Positions 12,261 to 24,320 of a stretch of 64,000 bases of DNA are shown here, one piece after another (the first letter of the stretch is position 1; each line of letters starts with the position of its first letter). The stretch is taken from contig NC_087437.1 in the NCBI RefSeq assembly GCF_036321535.1, positions 77,998,001-78,062,000 of the forward strand, read 5' to 3'. The notes beneath the pieces were generated by a model that worked only from the letters and a program-made list of their open reading frames with translations, searched no databases and was not told where the DNA came from. This DNA comes from Camelus dromedarius (Eukaryota). Made by a program: the position numbers and the translations under genes.

Positions 12261-14005
12261 TAAATATATTAGGAATCAAAATGTAAATATTTACATTACA
12301 GAAAGAAAGAAAAAAATGACTATTGACTTGAACATTGGAGTGGTCACCCTGTAAGCAGAGAAGTGACAGAAAATATCAAAATAGAAAAGAGTCATAGGTT
12401 ACACCATAATTTTTTGCTTCTGTACAAAGGTTGCAACTAAATTAAGAGAGTAAAGGCAGAAGCAGTTTCAGAAGAAGTGAAAACATTTTAAACCAGTCCT
12501 ATACAAAGTGTTCATTTAGCATTTTAAGTACATTTTCAGCAACATAGCAAATAATTAGAGGATATTTAAAAATAGTTGCTTAGTTCAACAGACATTTATT
12601 GAACTCCTAGGTTCTCAGGATACTTATAAAAATATTATCACTGCCCTCAAGGAGCTTGCAGCTGCTAACCACAGAAACATACGGCAAAGAAATGCAAATT
12701 AGACTATTAAACCATTTTATCCCTACTTAACTGGTATAATTAAAGTTAAATATAAATCCTTAGTATAGACAATTTAAATAAAAACTCATTCATTCACATT
12801 GCAGGTATCAATTCTTAAAATCCATGTACATTTTTGTGCTTTAAAAATTTTACCATAATCCATGGTAACTTTTGAAATATTCAGAAATTTATATAAGCAA
12901 AAACATCACTTATAACATCTAGAAATAACTATAGTTAATATTTTAATGTATATTCTTCTCAACTTTTTTCCATGCATATTTATTTGTTTACAAAAATAGG
13001 GTCATACAGTGATATTATTTGTAATCTCTGAGTATTTACTTATATAGCTCTGTTTCCGTATTAATAATATACTTTCAAATTGTAAATTTCATTTATTTCA
13101 AATTCCATTGTAAAGATATGCCGTAATGTATTTGACTAGTCCATTGTATTGGCTTTCTGTTTCCAGTTTTTCACCCTTATCTAATTCATTCATTTGGTAA
13201 ATAATTATTGCATTGATTGATGTCTCAGGTTCTGTGCACTGGTTGATGAGCATAGCAGATATGGTGCCTTTTTCCATGGGGCTTGTATTTGGGATTGCTC
13301 TGTTGATCATGTTGTCCTCTTTGGGCTCCAACTTGTTGAGGCATGTCAACCCGGGGCCCACCTCCTACTGTTGCGGTATTCTACCTTCAACCTTCTGCTA
13401 CAACCATCTGTTAGACCTTGCTCCCTGCCTGATCTCTGCTGCACTCCTCTCCAAAGACAAAGAGAGAAAAATCTGACCCCACATTAGAACCACCTGTCCT
13501 TTTATCCCAACCTACGGCTGAATTCTATAAATTTGGATTGCTTCCTATCTTCAGGATACTGTTAAAACCAAATTCATCATGCTTAACTTCTTTTTATTCT
13601 TGCTCATTACCGAAAATGTGAATGCCTGTAGGCATCCAGATTCCTACATGTATTTCTCAAATGCTCAGTGATGCCTTTCTGTTAACTTTCTACTTCTCTG
13701 CATCCTCCCAAAGTTTCTTGCAGTGCCTTATGAAATTCTCCTGTACTAAAACAGGTTTACTTACATCCACAAACATTTTTCCTTATTAAATCTTTATCTC
13801 CTCTTACAAGCTGCACATTTTCTTCAGTACCCAACTACCTTAAGGCTGGGTGAGAAATCGGTGTTTGTAGGGTTATTACCACATATGACTTCAGGTTTTC
13901 TTTTGTCTCTCCTCCCCGGCAGTTTTCTAATTTATTTAATTTGTATATTTGTGTTAGTAAGTGTTCTTCCCAAAATACGCTTTTTGTGTGCATCAATGAT
14001 TAGTA

Positions 14006-16387
14006 CAGGCACACTTTGTTTTATTGTACTTCACAGATACAGTGTTTTGTTTTGTTTTGTTTTGTTCTTTTTACAAATTGAAGGTTTGTGGCAACTCTCT
14101 GTGAGCAAGTATATCAGTGCCATTTTTCCAGCAGCATTTGCTCACTTTTTTTTGTGTGTCACATTTTGATAATTTTTGCAATATTTCAAACTTTCTTCTT
14201 ATTACATTTGTTATGGTGATCTGTGATCAATGATCTTTGATGTTACTATTGTGATTATTTTGGAGCACCATGTACTGCATGTAAAGAAGATGGCAAATAA
14301 TAAACATTTTGTGTGTTCTGACTGCTCCACTGACCAGGTGTCCCCATCTCTCACCCTCTCTTTGGGCCTCCCTATTCCCTGAGACACAACAATACTGAAA
14401 TTAGGCCAATTAATAACCCTACAGAAGGCCTCTAAGAGTTCAAGTGAAAGGACGAGTTGCATATCTCTTACTTTAAATCAAAACAGAAATGATAAAGCTT
14501 AGTGAGGAAGGCATGCAGAAAGCTGAGATGGGATGAAAATCAGCCCTCTGGTGCCAAACAGTTAGCCAAGTTGTGAATGCAAAGGAAAAGTTTTTGAAGG
14601 AAATTAGAAGTGCTACTTCTGTGCAGTGAACATACAAATGATAAGAAAGCAATAAGGTTGTTTTAACCTTATTGCTGATGTGGAGAAAGTTATAGTGGTC
14701 TGGATGGATCAAACTAGCCACCACATTTCCTTAAGATAAAGCCTAATCCAGAACAAAGCCCTAACTCTCTTCAAGTCTATGAAGGCTGAGAGAGATGAGG
14801 AAGCTGCAGAAGAAAAGTTTGAAGCCAGCAGAGGTTGGTTCATGAGGTTTAAGGAAAGAAGGTGTCTCCATAACATCAAAGTACACAGTGAAGCAGCAAG
14901 TGCTGATGTAGAAATCACAGCAAGTTATCCAGGAGATCAAACTGAGATCATTTTATTGGAAGAAGATGCTATCTAGGACTTTCATAGCTAGAGAGGAGAA
15001 GTCAATACCTGGCTCTAAAGGTTCAAAGGACATGTTGACTCTCTTATGGGCTATACAGCTGATGGACTTTAAGTTGAAGCCAGTGCTCATTTACTGTTCT
15101 GAAAATCCTAGAGCCTTAAGGATTATGATAAATCAACTCTGTGTGTGCTTTGTAAGTGGAGCAACAAAGCCTGGCTGACAGCACATCTGTTTATAACATG
15201 GTTTACTGAATATTTTAAGCCCACTGTTGAGAACCACTGCTCAGAAAAAAGATTCCTTTCAAAATATTACTGCTCATTGATAATGTGCCTGGTCAGCCAA
15301 GAGCTCTGATGGAGATGTGTAATGAGATTCATGTTGTTTTCATGCGTATTAACATGCATATTAACATCCATTCTGCAGCCCGTGGATCAAGGAGTCGTGT
15401 CAACTTTCAAGTCTTAGTATTTAAGAAATACATTTTGTAAGCCTATAGTTGCCATAGGTAGTGATTCCTGTGATGCATCTGGGCAAAGTCAATTGAACAC
15501 CTTCTGGAGAGGATTCACCTTCTAGATGTCATTAAGAACATTCGTGATTTGTGGAAGAAAAAGGTCAAAATACCAACATTAACAGGAGACTGAAACAAGT
15601 CGATTTCTACCTTCATGGGTGACTTTGAGGGGTTCAGAAAGTCATTAGAGGAAGTAACTACAGATGTGGTGAAAATAGCAAGAGACTTAGAAGTGGAGCC
15701 TGAAGATGTGACTGATTTGCTGCAGTCTCATGATAAACTTGAATAGATGAGGAGTTGCTTCTTCTGGAGCAAAGAAAGTGGTTTCTTGAGATGGAATCTA
15801 CTCCTGGTAAAGATGCTGTGAAGATTATTAAGATGACAATAAAGGGTTTAGAATATGGCATAAACTTAGTCGGGAAAGCAGCTGCAGGATTTGAGAGGAT
15901 TGACTTCAATTTTGAAAGAAGTTCCAAAACGTTAAATGCTCTAATGTTCTAAATGTTCAAAAATGGTAAAATGCTATCAAACAGCATTTCATGCTACAGA
16001 GAAACTTTTTTTGTGAATGGAAGAGTCAATCGATGTGGCAAACTTCACTGTTGTCTCATTTTAAGAAACCGCTGCAGTCACCGAACCTTTGGCAACCACC
16101 ACCCATCAACACCAAGGCAAGACTTCCACCAGCAAAAAGATTAGGACTCACTGATGGCTCAGAAGATGGTTAGCATTTTTTAACAATAAAGTATTTTTTA
16201 ATTAAAGTATGTACATTGTTTTTTTAGACATAATTCTGTTGCATACTTAATGGATTCTAGTAGAGTACAAAAATAACCTTTATATGTGCTGGGAAACCAG
16301 AATATTCACATGATTCACTTTTATTGTGGTATTTGCTTTATTGTGGTGGTCTGGAACCGGACCCGCAGTGTCTCCGTGGTGTACCTG
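14006..16387 (+). mobile_element. Near-full-length Tigger1 (TcMar-Tigger) DNA transposon with a pseudogenised transposase
   Basis: Termini TA|caggcacact... and ...ggtgtacctg. Transposase peptides in broken frames include [56 protein letters not shown] and [20 protein letters not shown]. Confidence 0.97.
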
Positions 16388-16404
16388 TGTATGAAAAGGT
16401 ATTG

Positions 16405-17510
16405 AACAGTGACGTCAGTACAATGGCAGAATAAGATGTCCCAGGCATTGTCCCTCCCCATAAACACATATAAAACAATGATGTTTGAGCCAAAATAACT
16501 TTCTGAGACCTCCAGAGACCAGTTAAGCATTTGCAACAGCCAAGACAGCACAAAAACGAGAAAAACCACTTTGAAACAGGTAAGAAGAGTAGTTTCACTG
16601 TACCCATGCCACCCCTCCCCCAAGTAGGCATAGTTCAGTGCCAGGAAAGAGCCACTGGATTTCTCCCTTGGGGGAAAGAGTGCGGTAAGCATGCATTTGA
16701 TATCCTCTACCTTTTGGGATGCTGCCCAAGAAATCTACCTCTGTAACCTCACCCAGACTGCTGAGGCAACCGGCACTGAGAATGCCTGAGGACAGCAAAG
16801 AACAAAGAAAGGGGGTGGGCGGCTCCCTGTAGCTTGCCTGGCCCTGAGGGGTTGAGAGAAGGTGCACAATTCCCAGACTTCTCCTTCAGAAGACTGGGAG
16901 AAAAGTGGAACTTGCACCCAGCCTCCTGGCATTCCAGCCTGGCCCCTCAGTGAAAAGTGGTAGGTGGCTCTCTGCAGTATGGTGCTGCGGGATGGAGAGA
17001 AGGTGCATGGTCTTGAGACTTCTCCCCCGGGAAGGAAAGAGAGAGTGGCATTGCACCCCACCTCCTGGCATCCCAGTCCGCTCCCCAACAAAAGAGGAGT
17101 GGGTGGATCTTGGCAGACTGCAGGGCTTTGCAGGACTGAGGGTAGGTGTACATCCTGAGGCTTCTGCTGCAGGGAGAGGGAAGAAGGATGGAGCTCCCAC
17201 CCAGCTTCACTGCATTTTAGTGCACTCCCCTAGGGAGAGGGAGTGATTGGCTTTCTGCAACCAGCATGATTCTGTGGGATAGAGAGAAGATGAGCAATCC
17301 TGAGATGTCTCTTTCAAGAGGTAGGGAGAGAAGTGAATCTTGCTTCTGACAACATGGCATTTCAGTGTATTATTCTCGGGAAAAGGCCTGGGTGGCTCTG
17401 AGCAGCCAGCACAGCTGTGCAGAATAGGGAAAGGCATACAACCCAGAATCTTTTCCTGAGAAAGGATGGGAAAAGGATGGAGTTTACACCCAATATCCTG
17501 GCATTTTAGG
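16405..17510 (+). mobile_element. L1 5' UTR (L1M/L1MA-era) with internal diverged repeat units
   Basis: Starts gtgacgtcagtacaatggcagaataag, an L1 5'-end YY1-like motif. GC-elevated, with repeated gagaaggtgca...gacttctcc...tgcaccc...cctggcat units. Confidence 0.7.
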
Positions 17511-18462
17511 AATGAAAGAAAATATTTGCAAATCATAGATCTGATAAGGGGATAATACCCAAAATATATAAAGAACTCATACAACTCAATAACAACAACA
17601 ACAAAAATGTAATCCAATTAAAAAGAAGAACTGAATAGGCATTATTCTAAAGAGGACATGCAAATGGCCAACAATATATATGAACAAGTGCTGAAATCAC
17701 TAATCACCAAGGAAATGCAAATCAAACCACAATGAGATATCACTTCACACTTGTTAGAGTGGTTATTATTAAAAAGTCAAGAGATGAGAAGTTTTGGTGA
17801 GAATCTGGAGAAAAGAGAACACTTGTCCACTATTGGTGGGAATGTAAATTGGTGCAGACACTATGGAAAACAGTATGGAGTTTCCTCAAAAAAATTAAAA
17901 ATAGAACCACCACATGATCCAGCAATTCCACTTCTGGGTATATATCTGAAGGAAAAGAAATCACTATTTCTAAAAATTATCTGCACCCCAGTATTCATTG
18001 CAGCATTGTTTTCAATACTCAAGACATGGAAACAACCTAAGTGTCCCTCAAAAGATAAATGAATAAAGCAAATGTGTGTGTGTGTCTACATTACATATAT
18101 ACATTATATATATGAATATTTCTCAGCCATAAAAAGAAGGAATTTCTGCCATTTGTGACAACACTGATGAACCTTGAAGGCAGTATGCTAAGTAAGATAA
18201 GGCAACAAAAGTCAAATACCGTGTGATCTCACTTAGATGTAGAATCTAAAAAAACTGAACAGATTAGTGGCTGCCAGAGAAGGGGTTAGGGGATGGGTGA
18301 AATGTGGGAAGATTGTCAAAAGGGACAAACTTTGAGTTTTAAATAAATAAGTTCTGGGGATTACAGCATGGTGACTAAAACGAACAGCAGAGTATCTTGC
18401 ATTTGAAAGTTGCTACGAGAGTAAATCTTAAAGTTTTCATTACAAGAAGAGAAAGAAAGAAA
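17511..18462 (+). mobile_element. L1 ORF2 C-terminus plus 3' UTR (L1MA9-like)
   Basis: gaaaatatttgcaaatcat, gaaatgcaaatcaaaccacaatgagatatcac and gatccagcaattccacttctgggtatatatc. Translation fragment EPPHDPAIPLLGIY...CTPVFIAALF...WKQPKCPS. 3' UTR aataagttctgggga...cagcatggtgact. Confidence 0.92.
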
Positions 18463-19069
18463 GTGGTCAAATAGCAAATTTCCTTGTGGAGTACCTTTGA
18501 GGGAGAAATGCAGGTTCCATCATCTTATTCACAACTAGCATTTGTGAAGATGCTGTAACAAAATATTTGAACTACTATCTCTGGAGAAACTTCCCTATAG
18601 CAGTGCTTCAGGCCAAATTCTAGCAGAACTGGCATTCCTGCTTGTCAGGAAGTCTTTTGTTTTTTTTTTTTTTTTTGTTTTGTTTTGTTTTTTTGGTCCA
18701 CATTGAGGATGGAGATGGGCAGTTGGATACTACTGGCTAATTCAATTATCCTGTGATCTGCTTTGGCAAAACACACTTTCATAATAAGAAATTAGAAATA
18801 ATAAGAAATGATTTCATGTTAACTTGAATATGACTTCCTGTTCTCTGCATATTTATATGCAGGAATCTCAGAGGCCTGGGGTAGGAGGGGAGGAATGTGT
18901 GCCTGCCTGTGCACCCAAATGGCAGACATTCCTTAAATGTCTGTGGACCCTGACCCTTCCCCCTCTGTCTCCTACTCTTAAACCACCCAATGTCCTAGTT
19001 GCTAGACTTGCCCTCTTCCAACTCTTCAGCCAAAACAGCAGACTAGTATCACAATTCTTCTTATAATTA

Positions 19070-19212
19070 AAGGTGCATACCAATCATCTTGCTAAAATGC
19101 AGATTTGGACACAACAGGTCTGGTGTGGTACCTGAGATTCTGCCTTTCTAGTCAACTCCCAGATGATACCATTTGCTAATGATCTACTGACCAAGCTTTG
19201 AGCAGCAAAGCT
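19070..19212 (+). mobile_element. MER5-family MITE
   Basis: ttgctaaaatgcagat...aggtctggtgtggtacctgagattctgcctttct...ctcccagatgat...ctttgagcagcaa. Confidence 0.7.
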
Positions 19213-19218
19213 CTGCAG

Positions 19219-19510
19219 CAGGAGTCAGCAGATCTGTGAAGGGCCAGATAGTAAAATTTTAGGTGTTATGGGGCGTAGTGTCTCTTTTGGACAGCATGTA
19301 AATTACTGGGTGTGGTTTAGCTCCAATAAAACTTTAAGTACCCTGAAATATGAATTTCATAGAATTTTCACATGTTGGGAAACTTTCTTCTCCTTTTGAT
19401 CCCCCCCCCCCCCACCTTTTAAAAGTGCTAAAACCATTCTTACTCCAGGGCTACACAAAAGCAGTCCGTGGGCTGAATTTGGCTGGTGTGCGATAGTTTG
19501 TCAATTCTCC
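19219..19510 (+). mobile_element. MER58B-like hAT-Charlie MITE
   Basis: caggagtcagca...tgtgaagggccagatagtaaa...ccaataaaacttt...tgaatttcatagaattttcacatg...aaaaccattctta...tagtttgtcaa. Confidence 0.8.
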
Positions 19511-19644
19511 TTCTAAAGCAAAACTTTTAGAGGCACAGACCCAAGTATGGATCCCTGCTTAGCCATTTACTAACTCTTGCTCATCCCAGTTAATGACCTC
19601 TAACCTACCTCCCCCCAAACCAATTCCTGCAAAATAGACAGACC

Positions 19645-20002
19645 AATAAGATGGCAATAGTAAATCCTTCCGTATCAATAAGTACTTACGGATAAATGAT
19701 TAAACTCTCCAATCAAAAAACATAGAATGGCTGGATAAGTAATAAAACAAGCCCCAACTATATGCTGTATAGAAGACATTCATTTTAGATTTAAGAACGT
19801 AAAGGTCAAAAGTGAGGGAATGGAAAAAACTATATGCAAATGAAAAAGAAAGAGGTAGCTATACTTAGATAAAATAGACTTTAATTTAAAAAACTGTTGT
19901 AAGGGACAAAGCAAGACATTATGTAACGATAAAAGTATTAATTCATCAGGAAAATACAACAATTTATATATATATTCAACATCAGAACACCTAAATATAA
20001 TG
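19645..20002 (+). mobile_element. L1 ORF2 endonuclease-region fragment
   Basis: taaactctccaatcaaaaaacatagaatggctg...caagccccaactatatgctgt...gataaaatagacttt...gacaaag match the L1 endonuclease N-terminus with frameshifts. Confidence 0.85.
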
Positions 20003-20419
20003 TAAGTATACTCGGTTAAATTTTTTAAAGTTCAATTAGAAAAATACTGTTGCCAATGAAGTTATGCAAAAATAAAAAAAGTGCTTATTCAAACATTTAA
20101 ATTTGTCAAATTAGGAAATGTATTTCTTAGAATTCAATTACAGATGTTTACGGTATGACAGAATTACCATACACAGTTGATGGGAACATCAATTGGAACC
20201 GTAGTTCCGGAAAAGGTTGACAATGTGCCTAGAGACACTTTCAAATTTTCTACTCTTTGATCCATCAACCTCATTTCTCAGAAACATTGAGAAAATAGTA
20301 ATGTGGGAAAAAAATGTATACAAGTATACTCAATTTAAGTGTTCATTAAATATTAAATGTTAAATACAGTGTATGCATGAAATAAAATATAGTGTATTAA
20401 AAAGTGTATTATGTTAGAT

Positions 20420-22060
20420 ACTTCATTCTGTTCCTTATTTTTGTTTTCACACAGTTCTGTGTTTATAAGGTCCTTCAATGTGGCTATGTGAACATGGAAT
20501 CTGTTCCATCTTACTTTGCATAATGCTGCATGAGGATATATTGTCCATATTTGTACCTATTCTCTCTCCCAATGCTGAATGCCACATACCCTCCAACTAC
20601 CTGCTAAATTAAATAATCTAGAAATGAAAAGCCTTTATAAATTTCCTCTTAAGGAATTTCTTTAGGACTTTAGGATATAAAGAACTAGGAATTGATGGCT
20701 GAGCCATAAGGTATATAAATACTTAAATGGCTAAATACTGCTGGTTGGCCGTATTACTCTCTCTACTATGCGAAAGTCCCTACGCCTGCACTTCCTTTCC
20801 ACTTCATGCTTTATTCAGAGTTCTTCTTTTTGCAAACCTAGGAGACTTCAAATGTTATCTCATTGTAACTTGCATTTCAAGGACTCAGAATGAATCCGAA
20901 CATCTTTTCCTAGGTTGTCAGCCTTTGGATTTCCTCTTTTTGAATTGTATCTTCATATTCTTGCCATTTTTTTGGAGTTATTCCATGATTTTTATTGATT
21001 CAGACAAATTTCTGGTATATTTGACACATTAATGTCTTGTATGCTTAGGATTTAAGAATATCTTCTCCAGTTTGTTCATCTTGTAATTAATTTTTTAATC
21101 ATGTCTTTTACAGTATTCCTTATTTTTGATGTTATCAAAATACTTATTTTTTTCCTTTACAGTTTGTGTTTTTGAACTTTTGTTAAAAGTTCTTTCTAAT
21201 CTTTAAATCTACATTGAATCCTAACTTTATTACTGTATCTTTCAGTGTATATTATCAATCCATCTGGATTTCATCTTTTTATATGATGTTAGGTAGCGAT
21301 CTAGTTTTACTCTTCTCTGTATGTTGAACTCGTCTTTCAGCACCATGTGTGGTTGGCAGCGTTTTGAATGGCCTCTAGTGACCCCTGCTTCATGGTATTC
21401 ACACCTTTGTGTAATCGCCTTCCATTAAGAGTGGGCTGGCTCTACCCGGTGACTTGCTTTTAATCAACAGATTATGGCAAAACTGATGGGATATCACTTG
21501 TGAGGTTGGGTTACAATAATACTGTGACTTCTGTGTTGTTTGCTCTCTCTTTTGCTTTTTCCTTCTTTCACTTTGGGGAAACAAGCTGCCATGTTGTGAA
21601 CTACCCGTTGGAGAGGAGAGGGCTATATGACAAGGGAATAAAGTCTAGATCTAACCAACAGCCAGTAAGGGTTTGAGGACTGTCAACAGCCACATAAGAG
21701 AGCTTGGAAGTAGATCTGAGGCCTGCCAACAGCCAAGGGGGCGAGCTTGGAAGTAGATTTCCCCTCAGTGGAGTCTTAAGATGACCTTGACCTTGGCCAA
21801 CACTTTATCTATAGCCTTATGAGAGACTCTGACTGCAAGGACTCTGCCAAACTGGATTTCTGGTACAGAAATTGAGATAATAAATTTTTATTGTTTTAAG
21901 CCACTAATGTTAAGGTAGTTTGTTATTCGACAGTAGACTTTTAATACACCATTGACCAAATCTAATTTGCCCTTTATTGCATTGTGTATAACCTTATCAT
22001 TAATTAATCAATTCTACTCTTTTAAAATTATTATAACTTTGCCATATGCTCATATATAAT
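20420..22060 (-). mobile_element. Decayed L1ME-type fragment interrupted by an MLT1 LTR
   Basis: T-rich reverse L1 3' motifs (tatctcattgtaacttgcatttc, gaacatcttttc, atccatctggatttcatc, cagcaccat) resume after the LTR. Confidence 0.6.
21348..21948 (+). mobile_element. MLT1F-like MaLR solo LTR, 601 bp
   Basis: TG...CA termini with a 5-bp TSD ccatg (21343-21347) / ccatt (21949-21953). Internal motifs ggtattcacacctttgtgtaatc, agctgccatgttgtga and gagataataaattttt...taagccactaa. Confidence 0.9.
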
Positions 22061-22277
22061 AGAATGGATTTCTCTGATTTACTTTCTTTTTAAAAAAGAA
22101 TTTGAAAATAATTAAAATTGAATAAAAATGAAAATACAATATTTCCAAATTTGTACACTGCAGCTTATCTCGGCTTAGAGGGAAGTCTATATTTTTAAAT
22201 GCCAATGTTAGAAAACAAGAAATTCAGTGACTAGTGATTCTCCCTTACAAAGGCAGAAAAAGAGGAGAAAATATGCA

Positions 22278-22478
22278 CAGGTGTATTCCAATAAAATGTT
22301 GCTTATTATTATTGAGAGTGAAATTTGAATTTTATACAATTTTGTGGTATGATGGAATATTATTCAACTTTTGTCTTTTTTTCAAATATTTAAAAATATA
22401 AAAGCCCTTTTTAGCTTATGGGTTATACAAAAACAGTGAGACAGTTTTGTCCACTGATTGTGGTTTGCCATCCCCTCT
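22278..22478 (+). mobile_element. MER58B-like fragment nested in L1
   Basis: gtgtattccaataaaa...gaaatttgaattt...ggttatacaaaaacag...gtggtttgccatcccct. Confidence 0.65.
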
Positions 22479-23389
22479 AAAAGACTGACCACAGTTAAAA
22501 AGGGAAGGCCATATTATCAGGATCAGGAATGAAAGAGGGGTGCTAACAGAGGTCTTAAAATGTTAAAAAGAATAATGCGTACATATATTATTAAAGACTT
22601 TATATAATCAACTTTACAACTTAGTTGAACTGGCAAAAGTCTTCAGAAGATAAAAATGACAAAAACTGACAGTGGAAGAAATAAAATTTCAGAATACCTC
22701 TAATGTACTATTTTATTCATAATTAAAAACTTCCCTATAAACGAGTCTCAGACCCAGAGGGTTTTACTGGTGAATTCTGAAAAATATTTCAGAAAGAAAT
22801 AATATCAATCCTATGTAAATTATTTCAGAAAATAGAGGAGTTGAGTACATTCCAGGGAGTGAGTTTTATGAGGACTACATCACACTGATATGATACCAAA
22901 ACCACACAAAGATATTTCAAGAAAAGAAAATGATAAATTAATGTTCCTCTTAAACATACAGAAATCTAACAAAATAATTGCAAATCAAACCCAGCTATAC
23001 ATAAAAAAGCTAATATATTTTAAAAAAGCATTAGAGAAAAATCTATGTGTATTCTGGAGACAAACTTTTGGCAAGCTGACAATTGAAAGAAATTTTCTCG
23101 ACCTTATAAAGGACATTGGTGGAAATTCTGTAGCTAGTATTATACTTAATGATGAAGGCTGAGTTTTCCCCCTAGGATTGGGAGCTAGGCAAAAATATCA
23201 GCCTTTCTAGTGGAGATCCTAGAAATGTCAGTAAGTCAAGGATAAATAAAAGGCATATGGATTGAAAATGAAGAAATAAGACTGAAGTGCAAGCCAATTT
23301 TGACAGGATGATTTAAAAGTATATATGTAAATGCAAATGTTCTAAAATAGACAAAACAATTTACAAAGGAGAACAAAGTTAGAGGACTT

Positions 23390-24320
23390 ACAGAAGGGTT
23401 TTGGACATCAATTACAATATGTGTGGGTGGTTCCCCCCAACAAAGCAGTTCTCTGAGATACCAGCTGGGTTTCCCACAGTTCAACTCAATTCTGACACTT
23501 TCTACCCGAAGACAGCGTCAGATTCCACAGATTAAGGGCTTAGTCCTACAACCTGAGCCCCACCCCACCCCAATTCAGACATCTTTTCAAAGTGTAAGTT
23601 GTTACCTGGGCTTCTGATAGTTAGGCTATAGATTGGAGGTTCCAACAACCCCCTCATCGGGTTCAATTAATTTGCTAGAGCTGCTCAGAGAACTCAGAGA
23701 AACCTTTTAGTTACTAGATTGCCAGTTTATTATGGAAAGATATTAACAGAGGAACAGCCAGATGGAAGGGATGCATAGCATTAGGTATGAGGAAAGGTTA
23801 TGGAGCTTCCATGCCTTCTAGGAACACGCTGCTCTCCCCAGATCTCCACATATTCACCAACCCGGAAGCTCTTCCAACCCTATCCTTTGGGGGTTTTATG
23901 GAGGCTTTATTATATAGCATGATTGATGAAATCATTGGTCATTGGTGATTGAACTCAATCTCCAGCCCCTCTCCCCACCTAGAAGGTGGGTTTTTGTGTG
24001 TGGTGGAACAGAAAGTTCCAACCCTCTTGTCACATGCTTGGCTCCACTGGCAACCAGCACCCTACATCTTAGACAACTTCCAAAAGTCACCTCATTAATA
24101 TAAACTCAGTTATGGTTATAAAATATGGGCTTATGAATAACAAAACACCCATTTCACCTTTATGGCTTAAGAACTGAGGACAAAAGAACAAATATTATAA
24201 CAAAAGGTTCTCCCTGCTGTTCTTCTAACTTGGGGCATTCCAAGGGTTTTAGGGGCTCTTTGCCAGAAACCGGGGAGGACGACTAAATGCACACTTATTA
24301 TTATAACTCACGATATTACA
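23390..24320 (-). mobile_element. MER21-family (ERVL) solo LTR nested in L1
   Basis: ccagctgggtttcccacagttcaactcaattctgacact, taatttgctagagctgctcagagaactcag and gaacagccagatggaag. The minus strand starts tgtaatatcgtgag...cccctaaaacccttggaat. Confidence 0.88.

Noticed and set aside
14425..16173. Transposase-like ORFs as a domesticated TIGD gene
   Set aside because: The start codon appears lost, with many stops and frameshifts and an apparent deletion of a catalytic motif.
16321..17617. Cluster of overlapping 60-136 aa ORFs on both strands
   Set aside because: They lie in GC-rich L1 5' UTR sequence where stops are scarce, and show no coherent protein.
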